Source: a virus
Taxonomy: Duplodnaviria > Heunggongvirae > Uroviricota > Caudoviricetes
Direction: 5' to 3' (one strand)
Length of the DNA: 64,000 nucleotides
IMG/VR virus record: IMGVR_UViG_3300009093_000042
Coordinates: 1-64,000 of that record
Below, one piece after another: positions 43,298 to 52,009 of this stretch. Position 1 is the first letter of the stretch. Each line of letters begins with the position of its first letter. Position numbers and translations under genes: made by a program. The notes below the pieces were generated by a model that saw only the letters and a list, made by a program, of their open reading frames with translations, was not told the origin of the DNA and searched no databases.

Positions 43298-45112
43298 TCA
43301 AGGCACTTTGACGCCGTATTTGAACTTCAAATAGTTCTCGACGTTGGTGATCTGCACAGTGGTCAGATTGCTGTGGTAAACGAGGAGTTCAGCGAGGTAC
43401 CCGAACCCTTCAAAATTCGCTCCGTTGTAGTCTGAACCAACTACCCACCGTGTCGGAGCTTGAGTTCCGGCGTTTCCTTGTACGGCCAAAACTCCGTTTG
43501 TTCTTATGATCGAGGTCGTGCTGTTTTCACAAAATGAGAATATGCGCCATTCGTAAATGGGAGATTGGGGCGTAGGGGCGTTCAAGCTTGTTCCTGCGTA
43601 TATTTGAGTAACGATACCGCCTTCGCCCAGAGCGCAGCCAAAGCGGTTACCTTCTGCGTTACCATCCAGAAACACGAATCGGCCAGGTCTCCCGTACCAG
43701 ACAATGAAAGCCCAGTTTGGCTGCGCTACAACAGAAAATGTTGGTGACGATAGAGTGTCTGCACCCGTGGCGGGTGAAGGTGTCCAATTCAAAGAAGGAA
43801 TGTTTCCAGGAACGTTATTTGGGTTTGCGTTGTAAATTGCGCTAGAAAGCCCGGCGTTCGTCATGCGCGGTACAAACAGTGATAGATCATTCCACCATCG
43901 AACCGGCTGTCCAAAAGGCGCAGGAGTGGTGTTCGTCAGTTCTTCGGAGTATTTTCCGTTGGAGCCTTCAAGCCACAGCACGCATCCTCCCTGGCTATTT
44001 GTTGGATTGAACCCTCCCACGGTAAGAGTGTAGTTGGTGCTGATCGGGTAATCGTCAACACGCGCAGTGAAAACCACGTTGCTGTCGCCCTGACCAAAAA
44101 CTTGAAAATAAAATTTAGCTCCGTATCCGGTTGGTATTCCGCTGATCGACTGGTGGGCCTCTTGCCAGTTTGTAGAGGTTCCGATGTAATAAACATGCCG
44201 GTAATAATTGGTCGCAGGAACCCATACGTTCACAACCCGGCTGGTATTAGCTAATCCCCAGTTTGTGGCGTAGTTGAAGTAAATCGCACCGGTCGGATTA
44301 AACACTTGAGCCGGGTACGTGAAATCGACGTAATAGTTGGTTGCTCCGTCGAAGGGAGCCACATTGGTCTGGCTTAAATCAATGCCGCTGGCTCCGCCAC
44401 CACTGTTCGCGGCTGAAATTGTAACGCTCGTGCCATTGTCAGTCAGCGTCACGTTTCCACCTGCACGCAAGCCTTTAATACCTGCGATTGGTGCATTTGA
44501 TGATCCGACCATGGAAATATCGGTGGGAGTTGTTGCCCAAGCTGAGTTAGTAATGCTCAGCAAGTACTGACTCAAAGTGGGGATGTCGCCTGCAACCAGG
44601 CTCCGAAAGGTTGGCAGCCCGCTTCCTGATGTCGGCCCGGCGAATACGGCATTTTGACTTTGAGAGGACAGCGTGTAAGAAAGCGCGGGCGTGGTTGTGG
44701 GAGTGCCGACTGAGGTCGTAAATAGCGGTGAAAGGTTACCTGACGAAAAACTGGTAACTGTGCCACCACTCCCTGCGGGCAGATCAGAAGACACGAGCGC
44801 ACGAAAAGAGGGCGGTCCCGTGCCGCCGACCGGACTGGCGAACACGAGGCCCGGCGATTGCAGTTGAAGCTGGAAGCTCAAGTGAGGCGTGGTCGTAGGC
44901 GTTGTCACCGTGACGCCAAACAGTCCGGCAAGCGGGTCCGCTGAAAAAGAGCTGACGCCTCCGCCGTTCGTATTGATCTCAAGGTAAGCTCTGGCGGAGG
45001 CGGAGTTCACTGACTTGTTAAATCCCTGTGCCCAGGTGCTCATCTGCTGAGCGCGCAGTGAAAGCGGGAGGGTGGCCAGGAGTGCAGCGAGGATCAGGCG
45101 CAGGATTTTCAT
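43298..45112 (-). CDS. tail fibre protein with signal-peptide-like N-terminus and Phage_fiber_2-like repeats
   Basis: Repeats VFASPVGGTGPPSFRALVSSDLP and VFAGPTSGSGLPTFRSLVAGDIP. Confidence 0.55.
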   Translation of the reverse strand: MKILRLILAALLATLPLSLRAQQMSTWAQGFNKSVNSASARAYLEINTNGGGVSSFSADPLAGLFGVTVTTPTTTPHLSFQLQLQSPGLVFASPVGGTGPPSFRALVSSDLPAGSGGTVTSFSSGNLSPLFTTSVGTPTTTPALSYTLSSQSQNAVFAGPTSGSGLPTFRSLVAGDIPTLSQYLLSITNSAWATTPTDISMVGSSNAPIAGIKGLRAGGNVTLTDNGTSVTISAANSGGGASGIDLSQTNVAPFDGATNYYVDFTYPAQVFNPTGAIYFNYATNWGLANTSRVVNVWVPATNYYRHVYYIGTSTNWQEAHQSISGIPTGYGAKFYFQVFGQGDSNVVFTARVDDYPISTNYTLTVGGFNPTNSQGGCVLWLEGSNGKYSEELTNTTPAPFGQPVRWWNDLSLFVPRMTNAGLSSAIYNANPNNVPGNIPSLNWTPSPATGADTLSSPTFSVVAQPNWAFIVWYGRPGRFVFLDGNAEGNRFGCALGEGGIVTQIYAGTSLNAPTPQSPIYEWRIFSFCENSTTSIIRTNGVLAVQGNAGTQAPTRWVVGSDYNGANFEGFGYLAELLVYHSNLTTVQITNVENYLKFKYGVKVP

Positions 45113-45113
45113 A

Positions 45114-46685
45114 TTAGCTCAGTGTGATTTGCATCAGTCCCGTCAAAGGAACTGAGGACCGATAGACGTTGTACAGAACCGAATTAAATTCCTGGACCGT
45201 AAGCAGCCAGTCGGTGGACACGACGCCGTCTGTGACGATGTTGATGACTGCCGTTCCGAACGAAGCCGGATAAACGAAATAGATGTAGGATGCGGTCGGG
45301 ATGAACTGCTCGCTGATGTTGCGCGAGCTGGAAAAATCGCTCGTAAACAATAGCAGATCGTCGCTTGAGATCGCCTGGTTGAGCGAGGTTCCCCAGTAGC
45401 GCTTCTGAAGCGTCGTGGAGCCGGTGCCGCTGGTCTGCGGGCTGACCTGGGTATTCGGCCAGACCAGCGTCGTGATGAACTGTTGAAGCGACACAGACGT
45501 TGTTTTGCCAAAGCGGTCGGAGGCGGTCACCTGGCCAGTGATCGGTAGCGGGCCGGTACCGGGGTCAGTGCCGTTGCCTTCCAGGACCGTCTCATCGAAC
45601 ACCGAGTAGTCTGACGGTCTCAGCATCACTTCGCGACCGTAAAGCGTCACCAGCGGCTGACTGAAGTCCCACCGGTAATTGAGCAACGCGTTGTTCGGGT
45701 CGGCTGCCGTGGCTGAGAAATGGACAAAGCCAGCCTGGCTGACGGCATATCCGCCATTGATGACCGGAGCATCGGCGCTGATCGAGTTAATGACGGGTGT
45801 CTCTGCGCTGACCAGGGTGACCGTCGTATCGAAACCGATCGTACCGTTGGTGGTCAGGTTCGTGACTGTGCAAAGGACCGATTTCAGCCCTGGTGTCTCT
45901 GCGCTGACATCACGGGTGATCTGGCTCTTGTAAAGCCCGTTGGGAAGCTGGCTCGGCGTCTGGGTGATGACCGTGCCGGTGCTCCATCCGTTCAGCGTAC
46001 CGGCGCTCCAGAGGAATTGAAGCTGGCCGGGAGTCGTATCTTGGGCGTAAGCCGTGAACGTCGCGTGCTGGCCAGGGCCGATGATGATCTGCGAGAGGTT
46101 GTTCGCCGAGCTGACCAGGGAATTTCCGACCGATGAGCTGGAACCTTGCAGGCCGGACGGCGTGAACCCACGAATCGAGTAGTTGAACGAAAGGGAGCTG
46201 TTTGACGTGTCGGTGATGACCTGTGTCAGCGTTTCATTCGCAGTCACTCCGTTCACGTTCAGAAAATTCTGGTAGGTGCCGGTGCTGACCACGACGGTCG
46301 TTCCCGCGCCAATTAGCGTCGGTCCGTTATACCAGGCGAAACTCAGTTCTGTGCCGCCTGGATGGTCAGGATCGTAGGAGATTGACGAGAGCACCGTGTT
46401 GAAAGGAAAGGCAGCGTCATTCTGGCTGATGGTCGGCGACCCGATGATCGTCGGAGGGAAGTTGACGACAATCGTGTCAGTGTACTCGTGGCTGCGGCCA
46501 TAGGCGTCTGTTTGCAGGAGCGTGTAGCTCAGCGTGCCGCCTACGTTCAGCGTTTTATTCACCGTGGGCACGCTGGTCACGTCCACGGTGCCGTCCCACC
46601 ATTTCCAGACGTACACGTATCCGCCTCCGTCCGCTGGCGCGTTCTGGAGCGTAAACGTCTCTGTGTCGCCTACATTACAGGGCAT
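45114..46685 (-). CDS. structural protein (523 aa), Thr/Ser-rich beta-type
   Basis: Long ORF with fibre-like composition. Confidence 0.5.
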   Translation of the reverse strand: MPCNVGDTETFTLQNAPADGGGYVYVWKWWDGTVDVTSVPTVNKTLNVGGTLSYTLLQTDAYGRSHEYTDTIVVNFPPTIIGSPTISQNDAAFPFNTVLSSISYDPDHPGGTELSFAWYNGPTLIGAGTTVVVSTGTYQNFLNVNGVTANETLTQVITDTSNSSLSFNYSIRGFTPSGLQGSSSSVGNSLVSSANNLSQIIIGPGQHATFTAYAQDTTPGQLQFLWSAGTLNGWSTGTVITQTPSQLPNGLYKSQITRDVSAETPGLKSVLCTVTNLTTNGTIGFDTTVTLVSAETPVINSISADAPVINGGYAVSQAGFVHFSATAADPNNALLNYRWDFSQPLVTLYGREVMLRPSDYSVFDETVLEGNGTDPGTGPLPITGQVTASDRFGKTTSVSLQQFITTLVWPNTQVSPQTSGTGSTTLQKRYWGTSLNQAISSDDLLLFTSDFSSSRNISEQFIPTASYIYFVYPASFGTAVINIVTDGVVSTDWLLTVQEFNSVLYNVYRSSVPLTGLMQITLS

Positions 46686-46688
46686 AAA

Positions 46689-49600
46689 TCAGTGATATAC
46701 CAAAAATGGATTCGTGACGAAATCGCGCTGGAGGAAGTAAATGTCCCCGCTCGAATAGTCGATGGCGATGGAGCTGATATTCGCTCCCGTCGTGAACTCA
46801 CACACAATGGTTTTTCCGACCGGGTCGATCACCGTGACTTCGCCATTCTGGGCCGCTGCAATGATCAGTCCCGACACCGGGTTGTACTTGACATAAACTT
46901 TGTTGAAGACGTTGGAGACGTTCGTGAACGTGTCCACCACAGCGTAGGTGTTGGGATCGAACGAAACAATCGGGTTCGTTGATCCGTCCACCAGGCAGAA
47001 GTAAACCAGCCCTGTCGCCGGGACATAATCCACTTCAAAGTTCGAGTTGACCAGGAAGCTGTTGTTGTTGAGGGTCAGCGCAGGGAGCGCATAAAACAAC
47101 GTGGAGTTGGTCGGCTTCAGGATCAACTGACCAGGCAATCCGAATACGCCGGGCGTTGTTGCAGCAGAAATGGTCGTGGCAACGTCGTTGGTGATCGTGT
47201 TAGTGTGCGGGTCGATCTCGATGATGTGGATTTTGTGATCGCTGTTATTTCCCGCCACGCCGTATATCTTGTCCTGCGCCGCGCTGTAGTAGTAATTCGT
47301 GAGGAAGAACGAGTTGACTGGTTGACCGATCTCAGTGACCACGTTTCCACTGGTGTCGAATACCAACACACCTGCGGACCCGGTGACGAAGAACGTTTGG
47401 GTCGTCGGTGCAAAGGCGCTTCCATCACCGTCCATGTCCCATTCCACGTCGCACGCTGTTTGGGCGAGGACAGTGTTGGTCGATGAGTCGATGAACGTCA
47501 TGATTCCATCATTGGACCGCGTGACGCCGATGATTCTCACTGCGGCATTACGGCTCATCAGGATTTCGCCGTCAACGTTTCCAGTATTATCGAATTGTGT
47601 CACGAACACCGGACACGTCGGCGTGGGCGGAGCGGGCGAGGAGGAGCATGGACTCATAATGGTTCCGTAGGTTACGAAAGCAGGCAGCGTTCCGTCAGAC
47701 ACGGTGAACGATCCATTGAGGATAATGTCTTCGGTCCGATAGGACGTGGTTGCGGTTAGTTTGTTTGAAAACGGCTGAGGATTGCTCAGCGTGTCGTTGG
47801 AGCTGTAAATCTGTGACTCGTGCTGATAGCCGTAGGCCGTTCCCCAACTGCTCATGGTCGCCATCCAGCCGCCCGGAGTGGTTGGATAATCGGTGCCGGA
47901 GGTACCGAACTTCGTGGTCACGACGGAGCCTGCGCCGACTGTCAAACGATACAGTGACGTGTGGAATCGAGTGAGATTCACTTCGCTGATGAACAACTGG
48001 CGCGCCGTTCCCTTCTGGTTGTCACGGATGGCATTGCTCCAGTCAAACAGCAACAGCCAGGAACTCGGGCTGCCGGGCAGTGTGTGCGGCAGATAGAAAT
48101 CGAACGTGTCGGTCTGGCTGAAGTTCGCGCCGGTCTGGTCTGCACAGAGCTTGCCCTGGAAGACGATGTCGCCAACCGTGATGACCACGTTGAACCCAAC
48201 GAAGCTCGTATCGACTTTGCCGATGTTGCCAGACGTGACGCTCAATCGGTAAAAGCCGGGGAGCATCTGGTTGTTGATCTCGAACGCGATTTGGCCGTTG
48301 TTCTTCAGCGCCACCACTGGAGGCGTCTGGGCCAGGCCGAACGTGTTGGGCTGCACCCACGCGTTCACCGTGTTCGTCCCGGACAGGTCAATCACCGTTT
48401 CCTCATTTGCGTAAAGATAGATCGGCGCTGAGGTCGCGGTGCCGGTGTAGGTGCCTGAGTAAACCACGCCGCTGGTATTGACCGAGAGCTGTTTGTGCAG
48501 CGTTGCATCGCTTAGTTCCACTTCCGCGCCAGTCGGCTGGTACGACCCGTTCAAGCTGAAAATCTTTTCCGTGACGAAGGACACGTTTCCGGCCTCGGTG
48601 TTGGCCAAACTGATCTGCCAGACAAAGCCGTCGTCCCCCTTTCTCCAGATGCGATCTCGGCAGGGGTTGGTGGCTTGCAGGGGATTGGGCCACGGAGAGC
48701 CAGTGCCGGTCGAGGCGAGGGTGCCTGCGATGCCAGAGATGGTGCTGCCACTTTCGATCAGCGTCAGCACAAAGCCTGACGGATTGTCAAAGAGCCAGAC
48801 CTTGTTGACGCCAGGATAGTTTCCCTGCCAGGTGGACACTGCCACCGTCCCGTCCGCCGTGAGGGTGTCCCAGACACTTCCCAGAACTTGTTTTGGAGGC
48901 AGCGTGTTGCCGCCGCCTACGCCGGTTTCTTTGTAGCGTGATTGCGCGTCGTAGCGCGCCAGGTAATCGTAGCGCTGAACCCACGCGAGATTGTCCGTAA
49001 TGATCGAAGTGGGCAGTTGGTCAGGGATCACGTAACCGCTCGGCAGCACTTTGACTGCGTAGTGATCGTACGTGTTGACCGATTGCAACCACGTGGGCCG
49101 GTAAAGGCAGGCGGTTGGGCTTGGATTGTGATAGCGCGCCAGCGTCAATTCGTCCTGGGCTTTCGTCACATTCCACAGGCGCAGGTCCTGGATGTCAAAA
49201 GGCGAATTCTGGCAGCTCACTGTCAGATGGTACGGCGTTTCAAAGTCGATCAAGCTGGTCACTGAGATCGTTTGCACCGTGAGGCTGCCGGTCGAGTTCC
49301 AGTAATAAACCGTGAGCGTTTGAACGCCGTCGAATGACCACGCGAAGTAGCTCCATTTCTGGTCGAACACCTGGAACGCTTTGAGATTCACCGTCCCATC
49401 AGAGTAGGTCAGATAGAAATTCAAACGAGGCGTCGTGATTGCTCCCGAGAGTGTGATCTTCAGCGGGCCGGACAAAAGGATGGTCTGTTCGCTGGTGTAG
49501 CTGTTCAAGCCGCGAATCCAGAAACCACCGGAGAACATTTGGCCGAAGCCACGGGCCACCGGGCTGTTCAATAGCAATCCCGGTTGAGCTGCGAGATAAT

Positions 49601-51989
49601 TGCCGCGAACCGGATCAAACTTACGGTCGCCCGAAGCCAGCCCGTCGATGAAAGCGTTTCCAGCGTAGATCGAGTGATCTTCCACCAGAATGGCGTCGAG
49701 CGGCTGCTCATTGAAAGGATACCAGAGCGCCAGACCGTTGCGGTGATGTTTTCCAAAGAACTTCGGAGCGTCCGCCACCAGAACGCCTTGAACCAATCCG
49801 AAATGGTAAAGCTGCCAGCCCGGCTGCATCACACCGTCGAGACCGCCCTGTAATGTGCCGCTGGACGGACGAGTACCGGCGAGATTCAAAAATGTGCCGC
49901 TGAAGGCGATAGCGCGTTGGCCGGGAACGTAATCGTCCAGACTGCGCTCGGCAGTGACAAAGCGAGGAGGATAAGGTCCAGGTACCACGACCTGCACGTC
50001 GTACTGCGCGCCGGTCTGACTGACGACCGAAGCCGTCTGACCCAACCGAATGGTTTCCAGGTCCGGCACTGCCGGGCTGTAGTCGTTCAGGTCAACCAGC
50101 TCGCCGCCGCCCACCAGGCTGCGTCGCCATGGATACTCGTCCGGCATATCCATGGCTGGATCATCCAGAAAATCTTCCGGGCGCTCCTGATAACCGATCT
50201 GGATGCAGTTGGTTCCCGGATTCGAGCGAACGACTTCGGTCGAAGTCGGTTCGAAGACGACGTTGACGATGGTGCCTGTCTGAACCGTGCCGGGGAATCG
50301 AAGTATCCAGCTCGCGTTGCGATAGTCGAATGTGCCGGAAGCCAGCAGGTCGCTGGTCTTCAGCGTCAGGAAGCCGGAGTTCGTGATCGACTGTTCCTGA
50401 TACATGTCAATCGTCCCGGTCTGGAATTGGACGCTGTACGGAGGCGTCGGAAAGTCCGTGATCGTACCGCTGTAAATCGAAGTGCCGCTGTGGGTGATGA
50501 ACAGTTGATCCTTCTCGCAGAAGGCAGCGTAGCCGACCTGGTCTTCGATGAGATAGCCGACGTTGACTTGGCGCGGCGTACGGGTCGCGGGCCGGACTTC
50601 TTCCATCGCGGCCACCACTTGCGCGCCTGCCGCGCTGAGCGCGTCCTGGTCAAATTGACGGCTGGTCAGGTCGGCCTGCACGCGGGGAGAAACAATCGTC
50701 AGGTTGCCGTTCGTGTTGGTGCGCGTGATCCAATCGGCGGTGATCAGTTCCTGTCTGATGGACCCGGACATCCACGGACGAAACGGAGAAACGGCGGTTG
50801 CGCCGAAGTTCGCCGAGGTCGGGTTGTTCACCAGGTCCTTGTTGGCCGTGGCCACGACCGTTCCGAACTGCTCCAGCGCGTGGTCGAAATCCATCGTCAA
50901 CCCGAGATCGAAATAGCTGGTGCGGTATTTGATTGCCGAGAGCCGGTCGGTGATGGAGATGATGCGCGACGTGCCATTGTCGATGGACGTGAAGTTGATT
51001 TCCAGGCCGTTGAAGCTCGACCCAGACGAGATTGCCTTGAACAGCAGCCCGCTGCCGGGCGGTTCAACTGACGCCTGCTTTTCCGGGCCGCCGCCCACCA
51101 GGATGTAAGGCGCGCCTGCCGGATCGGGATCGGTTGGTGCCGTTCCCACCACGCTGACACTGACAAACGGATTGAACCCGTTCACAATATCGGTGTAAAA
51201 ACGCGTGTCGCTTTGTCCAAAGCGCGCTGAGGCAGTGCCGGTCCAAGTGAAAAAGGGACCGTCGTTCAGTACCCACGGATCGTAAAAGTTGTCGCGGGCC
51301 TGCTTCGGGAAATAGTCAGGAATCGTGGCGAAGTCCTGGTTGTTTCGCGGATCACCGATGTCGTTGGCGATACGCGGGCTGAGTCGCCCCCAAAGCGGAC
51401 TCATTCGCACGTCGTCAAAACCCAGAAGCCTGCCGAGCGTTTCGAAGGATTGCGCCGTGCCTTTGAACTGCAAACGCGGGAACCAGGTCGCCAGGAGACG
51501 GCGCGCATCACTCTGCGCGTTGTCCGGGTCCATCGCGGCTGTCTGGTAAAGCACCGCGCCAACGGTTTCAGCCAAGTAACCCAGGATGTTGGCGTCAACC
51601 AGCCGGAGCATGTCCACTCCGTACGCTGCCGAGATCAGGACGTGGTTTTCGTCAAGCTGGAGCTGGTCGGCAGCCCAGGTGAGAAGTGCTGGATCGTTCG
51701 CAGCCGGAGTATCGCTCTGGAAATCCAGCGAGCGGTTGTAAACTTTTCCCTGCGGCGACTGCACCTGGCAGAGGACCACGTTGTTGACGGGAGTACCGGA
51801 ATTGTCAGTCTCCGGCAGTCCGTTTGCCGTGACCAGAAGTTCGAGCTTGGAGACGTACGATCGCGTGTCGTCGATGCGATCCTGATAGCCGCCAATGACC
51901 GCCTGAATCAACCCTTGTTCATCAAGGTCGATTATGCCTTCGGGCAGAAGGTCATACAGGTAATCCTCAATTAGATTCTGCAAGCTCAC
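46689..51989 (-). CDS. giant virion protein (1766 aa); internal-core or baseplate-fibre candidate
   Basis: Uninterrupted 5.3-kb ORF. Its position before the fibre genes resembles T7 gp16-gp17 order. Confidence 0.65.
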   Translation of the reverse strand: MSLQNLIEDYLYDLLPEGIIDLDEQGLIQAVIGGYQDRIDDTRSYVSKLELLVTANGLPETDNSGTPVNNVVLCQVQSPQGKVYNRSLDFQSDTPAANDPALLTWAADQLQLDENHVLISAAYGVDMLRLVDANILGYLAETVGAVLYQTAAMDPDNAQSDARRLLATWFPRLQFKGTAQSFETLGRLLGFDDVRMSPLWGRLSPRIANDIGDPRNNQDFATIPDYFPKQARDNFYDPWVLNDGPFFTWTGTASARFGQSDTRFYTDIVNGFNPFVSVSVVGTAPTDPDPAGAPYILVGGGPEKQASVEPPGSGLLFKAISSGSSFNGLEINFTSIDNGTSRIISITDRLSAIKYRTSYFDLGLTMDFDHALEQFGTVVATANKDLVNNPTSANFGATAVSPFRPWMSGSIRQELITADWITRTNTNGNLTIVSPRVQADLTSRQFDQDALSAAGAQVVAAMEEVRPATRTPRQVNVGYLIEDQVGYAAFCEKDQLFITHSGTSIYSGTITDFPTPPYSVQFQTGTIDMYQEQSITNSGFLTLKTSDLLASGTFDYRNASWILRFPGTVQTGTIVNVVFEPTSTEVVRSNPGTNCIQIGYQERPEDFLDDPAMDMPDEYPWRRSLVGGGELVDLNDYSPAVPDLETIRLGQTASVVSQTGAQYDVQVVVPGPYPPRFVTAERSLDDYVPGQRAIAFSGTFLNLAGTRPSSGTLQGGLDGVMQPGWQLYHFGLVQGVLVADAPKFFGKHHRNGLALWYPFNEQPLDAILVEDHSIYAGNAFIDGLASGDRKFDPVRGNYLAAQPGLLLNSPVARGFGQMFSGGFWIRGLNSYTSEQTILLSGPLKITLSGAITTPRLNFYLTYSDGTVNLKAFQVFDQKWSYFAWSFDGVQTLTVYYWNSTGSLTVQTISVTSLIDFETPYHLTVSCQNSPFDIQDLRLWNVTKAQDELTLARYHNPSPTACLYRPTWLQSVNTYDHYAVKVLPSGYVIPDQLPTSIITDNLAWVQRYDYLARYDAQSRYKETGVGGGNTLPPKQVLGSVWDTLTADGTVAVSTWQGNYPGVNKVWLFDNPSGFVLTLIESGSTISGIAGTLASTGTGSPWPNPLQATNPCRDRIWRKGDDGFVWQISLANTEAGNVSFVTEKIFSLNGSYQPTGAEVELSDATLHKQLSVNTSGVVYSGTYTGTATSAPIYLYANEETVIDLSGTNTVNAWVQPNTFGLAQTPPVVALKNNGQIAFEINNQMLPGFYRLSVTSGNIGKVDTSFVGFNVVITVGDIVFQGKLCADQTGANFSQTDTFDFYLPHTLPGSPSSWLLLFDWSNAIRDNQKGTARQLFISEVNLTRFHTSLYRLTVGAGSVVTTKFGTSGTDYPTTPGGWMATMSSWGTAYGYQHESQIYSSNDTLSNPQPFSNKLTATTSYRTEDIILNGSFTVSDGTLPAFVTYGTIMSPCSSSPAPPTPTCPVFVTQFDNTGNVDGEILMSRNAAVRIIGVTRSNDGIMTFIDSSTNTVLAQTACDVEWDMDGDGSAFAPTTQTFFVTGSAGVLVFDTSGNVVTEIGQPVNSFFLTNYYYSAAQDKIYGVAGNNSDHKIHIIEIDPHTNTITNDVATTISAATTPGVFGLPGQLILKPTNSTLFYALPALTLNNNSFLVNSNFEVDYVPATGLVYFCLVDGSTNPIVSFDPNTYAVVDTFTNVSNVFNKVYVKYNPVSGLIIAAAQNGEVTVIDPVGKTIVCEFTTGANISSIAIDYSSGDIYFLQRDFVTNPFLVYH

Positions 51990-52009
51990 GCTTTAACTAC
52001 GCGACCGGC

